A DNA stretch of 64,000 nt from Escherichia coli (GCF_009931435.1 NZ_CP043414.1), one strand, 5' to 3'. Shown: positions 14,119 to 22,856, counted from the stretch's first letter. Program-made: numbers and translations. Notes: generated by a model not told the origin, from the sequence alone.

Positions 14119-14291
14119 GTCTTTTTCTCTTTATTGGTTAACGTGACATACCAATAACTCTTGTCGAAAAAGCCAGCAAGCTGAAAGACCGGTATTAATA
14201 ACCACCTGCACATTTTATGTACCGAACCATTTTTCTGGCATAAAAAACCTCTCAATGGCGGGCGGTAAAAATCTTTGTTACTCAAGAAATT

Positions 14292-15005
14292 TTAACGCAC
14301 TCTGACTGTATTAATTTCAAAATCATTAATATTTCCGCTATTAAATATAACGAATTTCTTACCCCCACTCCTGTATGATTTCGATAACACCAGACGATCA
14401 TCATAACGCGCAATAATGTAATACCATACATTCTCATAGTGGATCGCCTGATATTCCCTCTTAAACTGTGGTTTGTACCAACCGGCAATAAGAGAGAATG
14501 CCCAGAAATAAATCATAAACCCAGCCATCATGAACTCAATTCGGTGATGACGAATAAAAGACATTTCCGAAAAACATTTGACTGAAACAAGTCTTCTTCC
14601 AAACCTGACAAAAAGCGTGATTGTAAAGGCAGCAAGAATGCAGAAAATCAGTACATCTGGCTCAACATGCTGATGAATTACCGAAAACTCCAGAACAGGT
14701 GGAATAAAAAGCAGCAATATCGCGAGAAAAAGCCGGATAAAACTCAAATTTTGTATATTGCGCTTTTGTTTTATGCCCAAAAAGAAAACAATACCAACTC
14801 CCCATCCAATAAGGAATATAACGATAACTGTCACAGCATAAAACAAACTTCGTGCTACATCATCGACACCAGCCCCGACAACCCACCATGGAAAGCCATA
14901 GTAAAATGAAGTACCCCATCCATAGAAATAAGCGCTTCCCCATCCTAGACAGCCCATATAAGCAACAAAAAGTGAAGAGTTTCTGAGCAGAGCACTGTCA
15001 TCCAT
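14292..15005 (-). CDS. Uncharacterised polytopic inner-membrane protein (aromatic-rich, about 5-6 TM) in an AT-rich insert between Q-like gene and lysis cassette
   Basis: 237 aa with multiple hydrophobic helices (e.g. AVTVIVIFLIGWGVGIVFFLGI, LFLAILLLFIPPVL); AT-rich by inspection. Confidence 0.5.
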   Translation of the reverse strand: MDDSALLRNSSLFVAYMGCLGWGSAYFYGWGTSFYYGFPWWVVGAGVDDVARSLFYAVTVIVIFLIGWGVGIVFFLGIKQKRNIQNLSFIRLFLAILLLFIPPVLEFSVIHQHVEPDVLIFCILAAFTITLFVRFGRRLVSVKCFSEMSFIRHHRIEFMMAGFMIYFWAFSLIAGWYKPQFKREYQAIHYENVWYYIIARYDDRLVLSKSYRSGGKKFVIFNSGNINDFEINTVRVR

Positions 15006-15259
15006 AGTAACACCATTAACAACTCAAAAATATCAACACATATTACATAACAAATTGGATTCCATGCAGTCAAGGGGCGTCATTGATGGAGAAAGTATTG
15101 GCACAATCATCATCACGTTTAATGTCTATGCCATTTTTTTGGGGATAAAAAAACCCGCTCGGTCACGGGTTTTACTAGCTTTGCCATCACGTATAAAAAC
15201 GGCAAAATATCAGATTCACACGAAATATATGCCTTTTTATCTACTTTTGCAATACTTTG

Positions 15260-15931
15260 CTATGAAAATGCCGCCTTTTGTTTTGAACGTGTTCCCTCCA
15301 CCAACAATAAAGCTTCACCATCCAGCCGATGAAAAATGTGTTTCATTGCAACCCAGTGACCAGTAAATGTCTTGGACCAGTTTTTGGTTGTTACTCCCAC
15401 CAGTAACGCCAGTTCCTGGTATTCGTAACCTTCCCCACCAAAAAGCTCAGCTTTTACCGCCTGCGCCGCCAACCAGATCAACGTCTTCAGGCGCACCAGA
15501 GTTTTTCCTGCAATTTTTCTGGTACCGGATTGAGCATTAAATTCAGTCCACGCCCACTGCGTTATCGCGATCTGATGCTCCCAGCAAATGCTACCGCTGT
15601 AACACCACAGCAGCCAGGCTTTATGATGTTCTTCAAGAGACAGAACGGCGCGTCGCCATGATGATGTCGAAAACTCAACCGGACTGACCAGGGCAATTGA
15701 TGAACCTTTCGCCAGCGATTGCTTTCCCGGGATCGGTGGATTATCCAGCGTTACTATTTTTCCAGTGACCTTATCGCGGCACCGGATTTTTTTACGTCTG
15801 TAACGCCCTGTATTGAACATGGCATTCTCCTGCCAGGCTTCAAGCTGACCTTTTGTTGCTCCACTCAAATCAGCGGTGGCGATCGTGAGCTGCTCACGCA
15901 CAAACTGTAAATACTGGTTATTCATGCGCAC
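15260..15931 (-). CDS. Putative late-gene antiterminator (Q-like), assigned by position
   Basis: 223-aa ORF immediately downstream of rusA and upstream of the lysis region; sequence family not recognised with certainty. Confidence 0.4.
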   Translation of the reverse strand: MRMNNQYLQFVREQLTIATADLSGATKGQLEAWQENAMFNTGRYRRKKIRCRDKVTGKIVTLDNPPIPGKQSLAKGSSIALVSPVEFSTSSWRRAVLSLEEHHKAWLLWCYSGSICWEHQIAITQWAWTEFNAQSGTRKIAGKTLVRLKTLIWLAAQAVKAELFGGEGYEYQELALLVGVTTKNWSKTFTGHWVAMKHIFHRLDGEALLLVEGTRSKQKAAFS

Positions 15932-16281
15932 TCCAGTTCTGTGATTTTTATCCCCAGCCGACCACCGGGAATAACCTGACCGCGCATAATATTAACTTCA
16001 TCAAACTGCTCATCGTCGATAATCAGTCCCGCATGTGTCAGTGCATCCAGTGGTGCTTTCAGAATATTGTCCAGGTCACGACGGCGCTTATCCGGCGGCT
16101 CTGCAATAATTTTTATTGCCAGCCTTCCGGACAGATTTAATTTCAGTCGCTGCTGGCGAACAATAAGCGCCACATCCCGGCGATAACGCTCCCCTGCTTT
16201 TGATACAAAATATGTGCTGCCACGACGACGCCAGTAGGTATTCACCGTCGGCGGGTAAGGCAAAACAAATTCTATCCCCAT
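15922..16281 (-). CDS. rusA: Holliday-junction resolvase RusA
   Basis: 119 aa; PYPPTVNTYW...PPDKRRRDLDNILKAPLDALTHAGLIIDDEQ parallels recalled E. coli RusA (PWPPSNNRYY...[30 protein letters not shown]). Confidence 0.8.
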   Translation of the reverse strand: MGIEFVLPYPPTVNTYWRRRGSTYFVSKAGERYRRDVALIVRQQRLKLNLSGRLAIKIIAEPPDKRRRDLDNILKAPLDALTHAGLIIDDEQFDEVNIMRGQVIPGGRLGIKITELECA

Positions 16282-16293
16282 CAGTAACCTCTT

Positions 16294-17343
16294 TTATCCA
16301 AGCACGCCGGTTGCAAAGGCGTGATCAAGAAAACGAAAAATTAAATCAACCTGAGAACCATGCTTTTCTTCGAACGCCAACGGATCTGCATGAAGCTCGT
16401 TATGATGTTTACGACACAACGGTAACGTAAAAATATCGTGGGCCTTTGTTCCCATTCCACCCTGACCGTGACCAATCAGGTGATGGGGGTCGTCGGCTGG
16501 TTGACCACAACACGCACACGGCTGTGTCTTCACCCAGCGCGTATATTTCTCATTTACCCAACGGCGACGTTTAGGTCGCCTCATGAAAGATTCAGGAGAC
16601 TCCGGATCAACGGCAATGCTGACCACCGTCTTTTCCTGTGGCGGGATTTGTTGCTGGTGGACATGAGGCAACGGCGCAAGATTTTTTGTGCGCTGCTTCA
16701 GTATGCTGGTGGCGCTCTGCTCTCCCGGTACGATGTCACTTTCGCGATACACCGAGTGGATTTTTTCCGCACGTAATCCCAGAGAGCGACGTAATACTGC
16801 CTCCGGTAGCGCGTCCGCCACCTGATTGCAGACCGCCCACCAGGATAATTCAGCCAGCGATAATTCCCGCTCTTGTGTGCCATTCATTGCGTGACGTATG
16901 ACGTCAATCATCCAGGCAGCCAGATTCTGCTGAGCAAGTTGCTCCAGTGAATCAGATGTCTGCTCCCGCAGCTGGTTGTCGCAGTGCCAGCACAACACCA
17001 TCGCGCCAGTACCGTAACGATGTATGACGGTTTCGCTGTGATGATAATCGCCGTGTGGCCACTGGCAGGATTTCACGTGACGTAATAGCCAGTCAGACAG
17101 TGCGCCTGCACCACCTACAGCACGGATCACCCGCTCATCGCTGAAAAATGGCAGTAACGATTTGTCTTGCGCCAGCGGCTGGCGAACAGCGGGAACCTCT
17201 CCTGATGGCAGCGCCCGCATGTTTTTCGGTTCCGGCTCCACCAACACCCGGGTATTGTAAAATACCGGCATGGATTCACGGCCCGGATTAAGGACCACCA
17301 GCCCGAGTTCCGGTACCAGAACAGGTCGAAGTAATACCCGCAC
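16294..17343 (-). CDS. Prophage nin-region protein with C-terminal HNH-type motif (DUF968/YdfU-like)
   Basis: 349 aa; C-terminal CACCGQPADDPHHLIGHGQGG...CRKHHNELH (Cys/His HNH-like cluster); synteny with Qin-type ydfU recalled. Confidence 0.55.
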   Translation of the reverse strand: MRVLLRPVLVPELGLVVLNPGRESMPVFYNTRVLVEPEPKNMRALPSGEVPAVRQPLAQDKSLLPFFSDERVIRAVGGAGALSDWLLRHVKSCQWPHGDYHHSETVIHRYGTGAMVLCWHCDNQLREQTSDSLEQLAQQNLAAWMIDVIRHAMNGTQERELSLAELSWWAVCNQVADALPEAVLRRSLGLRAEKIHSVYRESDIVPGEQSATSILKQRTKNLAPLPHVHQQQIPPQEKTVVSIAVDPESPESFMRRPKRRRWVNEKYTRWVKTQPCACCGQPADDPHHLIGHGQGGMGTKAHDIFTLPLCRKHHNELHADPLAFEEKHGSQVDLIFRFLDHAFATGVLG

Positions 17344-17344
17344 G

Positions 17345-17623
17345 TTACCTCCAGATACGTTGCTGGTATGTGCGGGATGGACGCGGTGGACGTTCGGAAT
17401 AAGGGAGCCTGACAGAGATTATCCAGTGACGATAATCGAGGCTGAGGGCTTTCTTAACCTCGTATCCGCGCCTGCCGTAACACTGAATCAGCCATTCGGC
17501 CTGTTCTTCAGTGCATGGGGGATGCTGGTACCAGTCAGATTTGAATACATGAGAACGCCGCCCGTGCCTGCTGGCAAAAGCGGCTGAATTATCAGAATTG
17601 TGTAATTTGGTCTTGTGCGCCAT
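17345..17623 (-). CDS. Hypothetical small protein (rem-position ORF)
   Basis: ORF downstream of the doc terminator; start set at internal Met (MAHKTKL...). Confidence 0.3.
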   Translation of the reverse strand: MAHKTKLHNSDNSAAFASRHGRRSHVFKSDWYQHPPCTEEQAEWLIQCYGRRGYEVKKALSLDYRHWIISVRLPYSERPPRPSRTYQQRIWR

Positions 17624-17702
17624 CTGTTTTCTCTGCTGGCGCAGCAGGTGCCAGTTGTTCAGGCTGGCGTGCAGATTGTAAACCAGAATGCCCGGAAAAA
17701 AC

Positions 17703-17724
17703 AAAACCCGCCGAAGCGGGTTTT
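17703..17724 (-). terminator. Rho-independent terminator after doc (AAAACCCGCCGAAGCGGGTTTT)
   Basis: 5-bp GC stem with CGAA loop flanked by A- and T-runs; identical core repeated at 18548-18569. Confidence 0.6.
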
Positions 17725-17738
17725 CATTGGAAGCGCCT

Positions 17739-18233
17739 TTAGTTTTGCTGTTCTATTCTAAGCTTGATAGTTTCATACAAAACAATAGTTGCGCCTGTTT
17801 TACATAATTCCCGGCTGTCATACGCGCGAGACCAATAACACAACCAGTTCTCGAGATCTTCTCGAGTATAGGTTTTGCAGGCCAGTCCCTCTGCCATTTC
17901 CACGATTTCATCGCCTGGTGCTGTTAACTCATAGCCATTCAACAACAAGAAGACGTAACCAGCCATCATAGCTGTTCGTTTGTTCGCATTAGCAAACGGA
18001 TGATTCTGAATCAGACTTTCAATCAATACCGATGCCAGTACAAACATGTCATTAGTCTGTTCATACCATCGAACCATGCTGGGACGGGCCTGAGAAGAAC
18101 TTAAGTTATCTGGACTCAGAACACCAACGGGCTCATCTGGCGTCTGTAATTCAATTAGGGAACGATTGATTTCAACAAGATCATCAACCGTAAGGTAATG
18201 CACTCCTTCAACAATCTCAGCCATAGAGCACAA
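17739..18233 (-). CDS. doc: Doc/Fic-family toxin (death-on-curing-like)
   Basis: Motif HPFANANKRTA matches the Fic/Doc signature HxFx(D/N)(A/G)NKR. Confidence 0.8.
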   Translation of the reverse strand: MCSMAEIVEGVHYLTVDDLVEINRSLIELQTPDEPVGVLSPDNLSSSQARPSMVRWYEQTNDMFVLASVLIESLIQNHPFANANKRTAMMAGYVFLLLNGYELTAPGDEIVEMAEGLACKTYTREDLENWLCYWSRAYDSRELCKTGATIVLYETIKLRIEQQN

Positions 18234-18242
18234 TACCCATCA

Positions 18243-18470
18243 TTACACTTTTGAAAGTTCTTCCATGGCTTTCTCATAACGAGAAAAACCGAAATCAAAA
18301 GCATTTTTCACTTGTTCACGATGTGCGCAGTTTTCATCAATCGCTGGGCGAGGGACTGCCACAACGCTTTTATCGCGAGGCGGAATACTCAACCGCGTGT
18401 GTTTTTTGAGTGGGCAGCTCATACTAATGAGTCCTTTTGTTTTCCGATTATTGGCAAAGCCATGCACCAA
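18243..18470 (-). CDS. Putative antitoxin for Doc (not obviously Phd-like); start uncertain
   Basis: Small ORF immediately upstream of doc with a 9-nt gap; typical antitoxin-toxin gene order. Confidence 0.45.
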   Translation of the reverse strand: MVHGFANNRKTKGLISMSCPLKKHTRLSIPPRDKSVVAVPRPAIDENCAHREQVKNAFDFGFSRYEKAMEELSKV

Positions 18471-18547
18471 ATTTGATGCAAAATAGATCTGTTTGAGATC
18501 CTTAGGATAGTCTAATGGTAGCTAAAATTACAACCTCATAATGCGAC

Positions 18548-18569
18548 GAAAAACCCGCCGAAGCGGGTT
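18548..18569 (-). terminator. Rho-independent terminator after hok (same stem-loop as 17703-17724)
   Basis: AAAACCCGCCGAAGCGGGTT, followed by a T-run on the minus strand. Confidence 0.55.
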
Positions 18570-18637
18570 AAGTGCGGGTGCGTTGAGGATGCCTGACACA
18601 TCAGAGGTGGCGAGGGATTTCTCCCCCGCCAGGTCTC

Positions 18638-18793
18638 TTACTCCTCAGGTTCGTAAGCTGTGAAGACAGCGACCTCCGTCTGGCCGGTTCGGATTCGTAC
18701 CTCGCAGAGGTCTTTCCTCGTTACCAGTGCCGTCACAATGACGGTTAAACAGATGACGATCAGGGCGATTAACATCGCCTTTTGCTGCTTCAT
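18638..18793 (-). CDS. hok: Hok/Gef-family type I toxin (HokD/RelF-like, 51 aa)
   Basis: MKQQKAMLIALIVICLTVIVTALVTRKDLCEVRIRTGQTEVAVFTAYEPEE matches recalled HokD/RelF; the ORF track extends the frame upstream. The sok antisense RNA is expected around 18.8-18.95 kb but is not mapped. Confidence 0.85.
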   Translation of the reverse strand: MKQQKAMLIALIVICLTVIVTALVTRKDLCEVRIRTGQTEVAVFTAYEPEE

Positions 18794-19640
18794 AGCCTGC
18801 TTCTCCTTGCCTTTCGGCACGTAAGAGGCTAACCTAGATTTGCCGTTCATAGATTGAGCCTCAGATTAATGTTAAGCGTCTTGCAGGACGCGTAATGTTA
18901 ACTGGGGCTTTTCTATATCTGCCTTTGGTGTTCATGCCTGAGACAGATAGCCTCAAGCACCCGCAGCCATTGTACTTAACTCCCGTTACCTCGCCAATAT
19001 AAAATCAATCAGAAAGGCGATCCATAAGGACAATAGCAAGACAATAAATTGCCATTACCCGCAATAGCCAGCGCACATTTGAGGACCAGCACGACAACTT
19101 TCTGTATCGGACGTACACCAGTCCTGATAAATACAAGGCGGTCTCATCAGTGATGAAATGCAACTATTGAGTACAGTTTCTCTGATTTTTCTGTAAAACA
19201 TGGAACACAACAACTAAATATAACTAGCACTTCTTAAGATGTACAAATTCAGAGTTAAGATAACGTAAGCAGTTTTCTCAAAACTAAGTGTAAATTTTTA
19301 ATGAAGAGCAGTGCTATGCTCCTGATCATATATTCATTGTTTGGAACTGGAGGAATATTTAGGTTGCTGGAGTGGTTGATTGAATTTAAATCAACTAAGA
19401 CAAAAACCAACAATTAAAGATATGTGGTATATCAGAAAACAACTATCCGTATATTACTACAGAATTAAATACTAGCAACAAAGCTGTCTTTATTGATTTT
19501 TTATCTGATATCGAAATAAATAAACATAAAATAACCAACTAATTAAAACAGAGACTCGACAATGAGCCTCTATCTATTGTAACAGCACTTCCAAATTTAT
19601 TTTAGTAAGATAATAGCATGGGGCATACTAGCCCCATCTT

Positions 19641-21143
19641 TTAAACCGTTTCATCAAGGAAATACTTAGACGAATCATCCTGTTTCGGTTGATATGTTTT
19701 TTTTGCAGAATTAAGAACTCTTCTTAGTTCTTTTCTTAACTCAGGTAAACGCTCCTGAAGAGGGTTAGAACACCATTGTGAAGGCAACCCTCTTATAATA
19801 GCTTCGGAACAAAGCGGTGAAATAAGTTTTTCCATTTGATAATAGAAAGTTTTTGCTCGACTTACACGCATTGTGATCCTTTTTATTACATCTCTTTCAG
19901 ACTCAATTCTAGCACTCAGATCTCTTAATCTACTCCATACCTTAGCATCAGCAATATATGTATCATAAAGCATACACTCTATAAACGTGAAATTACTAAT
20001 AAGTTCTTTTGCAATATACCCCCCCAGCCGAGAAGGAATGAAACTTGATGAAGCTGTTGGATCTCCGTGATTTACGGTGAACAAAAACCTTTTATTGCAT
20101 AAATCAACGAGAACTCGATGCGTGAAAGAGTCACCTATACCAATTAACCTTAACTTTTCAGTTATTACCGAACCATCGATTTGTCTGAATCCGGGATCGC
20201 TTGCATACGAAACGATAACATTAAGAATGTACAGCCTCAATAATTGCATTTGTGTCACAGCTAAATTCGAATCAAACGGGTTCGCAATAGTCGACGTTGA
20301 CTCGCTATAAGTCAACTCAGTACCCAGTAATATAGCTCTAAATGCCTCATGACGTGGAAGAAGATATCTTCCTTGTTCTCTGAAAATTTGTACTGCTTTA
20401 CCTGGACTCGTATACCCTCTTTCTAAGAACTCACGAGTCATACGTAATGCTAATCGAACATCATCCGTAGCAAGAACTTCAATACGTGTTCCAATCTCAC
20501 TTCCCAGCACAGACCCACTAATAATATCGACTAATTGTGATATATCATCCAATACAACTTTAGCGCCATTTTCTGCAATAAAATTTCCACTTTTATTACT
20601 TGTCATATACTTTACTAGTGCAAAGCGTTTTGCAATCACACTACTTATTCTCGGTGGATCTATTTGTATAACTTCAAAATCGAAAGCATCTATAGCAGGT
20701 GAGTTTTTATGTTTGATAAATGTAGACTGCCTCAATGAAAGTACTAAATTTAATGAAAGCGCTCTGGAAATTGAAAATGACTCGGTAAATATCCGGGACT
20801 GGATATCATCAAACTCGATCTGATCAACGTTATCAATAACAAGAAAAAAAGATGTCTCTTTTGTAACACGACTTATTATTTTATCAACATAAGGTTTTAT
20901 CTTTTTATATTGTTCATATAAAAAATCCGAGATTCTGGTATTTTTTTGATCCTCACTCAATAAAAAAAGAGGTCCTGATTTTATCGCCTCAATATCTTCT
21001 CGAAATGCATCAAATACAAAATCCTTATTACTCAAAACAGGATGCTTATTGATATATTCCAGAATTGATTTATAAATAAAATCGACTATTGAACTTTCTG
21101 ATGGATTATCTAGAAAGTCTATATGAACCCAATGCGGCGTCAA
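19641..21143 (-). CDS. 3' ORF of split nuclease-NTPase gene: Walker B-like FFLVIDNVD plus ~400-aa C-terminal region; track start is TTG and the frame is open further upstream
   Basis: Same strand as, and overlapping frame with, the upstream ORF across an A8 tract; hhhhDxxD motif ~100 aa into the ORF; AT-rich. Confidence 0.6.
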   Translation of the reverse strand: MTPHWVHIDFLDNPSESSIVDFIYKSILEYINKHPVLSNKDFVFDAFREDIEAIKSGPLFLLSEDQKNTRISDFLYEQYKKIKPYVDKIISRVTKETSFFLVIDNVDQIEFDDIQSRIFTESFSISRALSLNLVLSLRQSTFIKHKNSPAIDAFDFEVIQIDPPRISSVIAKRFALVKYMTSNKSGNFIAENGAKVVLDDISQLVDIISGSVLGSEIGTRIEVLATDDVRLALRMTREFLERGYTSPGKAVQIFREQGRYLLPRHEAFRAILLGTELTYSESTSTIANPFDSNLAVTQMQLLRLYILNVIVSYASDPGFRQIDGSVITEKLRLIGIGDSFTHRVLVDLCNKRFLFTVNHGDPTASSSFIPSRLGGYIAKELISNFTFIECMLYDTYIADAKVWSRLRDLSARIESERDVIKRITMRVSRAKTFYYQMEKLISPLCSEAIIRGLPSQWCSNPLQERLPELRKELRRVLNSAKKTYQPKQDDSSKYFLDETV

Positions 21144-21147
21144 GATA

Positions 21148-22146
21148 TCACATTGATTTGAAAAAAAACTCTTTTATTCTAACCTTTCTCATGTAATGAA
21201 GAAATGTTGTTTTACCTGCACCTACAGTCCCAAGTAACAAGATCGCGAGAGGTTTGTCATTCCTGACTTTTATTTTTTTCTTCCCTTTAACCTGAAACTT
21301 ATCAACTATTCTTTTTGTATCTTTATCATTAAGCCCTTTTAGTACTTCACCATTCAGCACACTTGAACGCCTACCTATATTCATTCTAATTTTACTATCG
21401 AATCTCATAGTTTCTGGTGTTGAAACATAACATTTATCAAAGGAGTCTTCATCCAAGTAAAGTATAGAATCAGAAAAAGCCAACCTTAATTCATCAGCAA
21501 TCAAATGATATATTGGATTATTTGTCTGTGTTCTGTTTTGTTGCGAATAAAAATTTCTTAATTTTCTAAATTCTATTTGATTTTCGACGCGACCTAAAAG
21601 TGCTGTTTCTAGACTTCCTGATATAACATTTTCACGACTAAGTAAATCATAGAATTCTTGATAATTATCATTTAAGCAATCTTCTAACGACCAGAACACA
21701 AGCGCTATTGAATCATTAAATTTGACATTGTCATGCCTCTGAGCTGCAAAACATGCCCATACATTTCCATTCGTAGCGACAGCATAATCTATACCAAATT
21801 TCCTGGCGTAATCTCTAGCTTGTATTATCGCTTCACCAAGATCACTTTGTAAAAAACTATTACTTAGCTTTATTTTTCTTTTTCCTGGAATTGTACTAAA
21901 GCTTGGCCCTGCCTTTTTAGCTTCAACAACAAGAGCAATATTAGCTGTTTTTAGTATATAATCAGCATAAGTTGTCAAACCATCTTCAGTCACATGCTCT
22001 TCTGGTTTTATATCACTATCAGTCCACATCAAGACTTCCTTTAATACCCGATCTATCACTTTTAGTCTTGTGGCTGCTTCATTTGCATTTTCTAATTGTA
22101 AATGATGATAAGCTGATAATATTTCCGAAATAAATGTTTTCTCCAT
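21148..22146 (-). CDS. 5' ORF of split nuclease-NTPase gene: N-terminal PD-(D/E)xK (HsdR-N/Mrr-like) nuclease domain plus Walker A P-loop
   Basis: N-terminus ANEAATRLKVIDRVL...YADYILKT...ALVVEAKK...QARDYA...YAVATNG (restriction-endonuclease-like fold); C-terminus LAILLLGTVGAGKTTFLHYM (GxxGxGKT), then a stop 22 codons later inside the homopolymer. Confidence 0.65.
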   Translation of the reverse strand: MEKTFISEILSAYHHLQLENANEAATRLKVIDRVLKEVLMWTDSDIKPEEHVTEDGLTTYADYILKTANIALVVEAKKAGPSFSTIPGKRKIKLSNSFLQSDLGEAIIQARDYARKFGIDYAVATNGNVWACFAAQRHDNVKFNDSIALVFWSLEDCLNDNYQEFYDLLSRENVISGSLETALLGRVENQIEFRKLRNFYSQQNRTQTNNPIYHLIADELRLAFSDSILYLDEDSFDKCYVSTPETMRFDSKIRMNIGRRSSVLNGEVLKGLNDKDTKRIVDKFQVKGKKKIKVRNDKPLAILLLGTVGAGKTTFLHYMRKVRIKEFFFKSM

Positions 22147-22856
22147 AGATTATTCTCTCTATAAAAAATAACGAAAATTTTTCTGATTAGTTTTACCGCA
22201 TTTAGTTACAATAACCTAGCTATGTCAAGTCTGATGTTATCCTAAATTTCATTTTTGTTATATTATCCTCTAATTCTTAAGGCACACGTTTGAAAAGCGT
22301 CGACTTTCTCCTGTATGCTCTGAAGGTATCATTTACTCTGATTTTTCACGCAGTGTGCCGGATAGTTTTCTGTCAGGATAGAGCCCTAGATGACACGGAT
22401 GACCGCTGATGACCTGAATATGATCATGTCGCTAACATTCGCCATGGGTAATATTATTAGCCAATCCCGCCCCATCTGTTCATTCTGCTCCTGAATGCCC
22501 CCCCCCCGAAGTCAGCAGACTATGGCCTCGTTGCTGACATGCTCAGAGCCAACTCCTTACCCCCTTACGTAGAAGCAATCTCAGGCACCATTAGTGATTA
22601 CGGTAACCGAGCAGTTGTATTACACCGAACCGACTACCGCTATCATCAACACCTATCTTTGGGGCATAAAAGCGTGGCATAAAGGAAGCAACTAGGCAGT
22701 GATTATGTAAGTACATCTGTAAAACGGACCATCCATTTTAAATATCCTCTGATCCCCCTCAATATCCACCTCTAGCACAAAGCGGACAACCACGCTAGCT
22801 CTCCCCTGTACCATGAAAATTTCAATTCACATATGTATTAATGCTCTTTAGTCTCT

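Noticed and set aside
13770-15300. Possible Shiga toxin or tRNA cargo at the Q-to-lysis position
   Set aside because: No A/B5-toxin-like ORF pair and no tRNA-like T-arm/acceptor pattern seen; the cargo here is a membrane protein and a methyltransferase.
22280-22856. Attempt to read a protein-coding gene across the ORF-free segment (e.g. the open frame ...NAPPPKSADYGLVADMLRANSLPPYVEAISG...)
   Set aside because: The frame lacks a start codon and is interrupted on both sides; no frame gives a product longer than ~65 aa, so it is treated as non-coding or remnant rather than a CDS.
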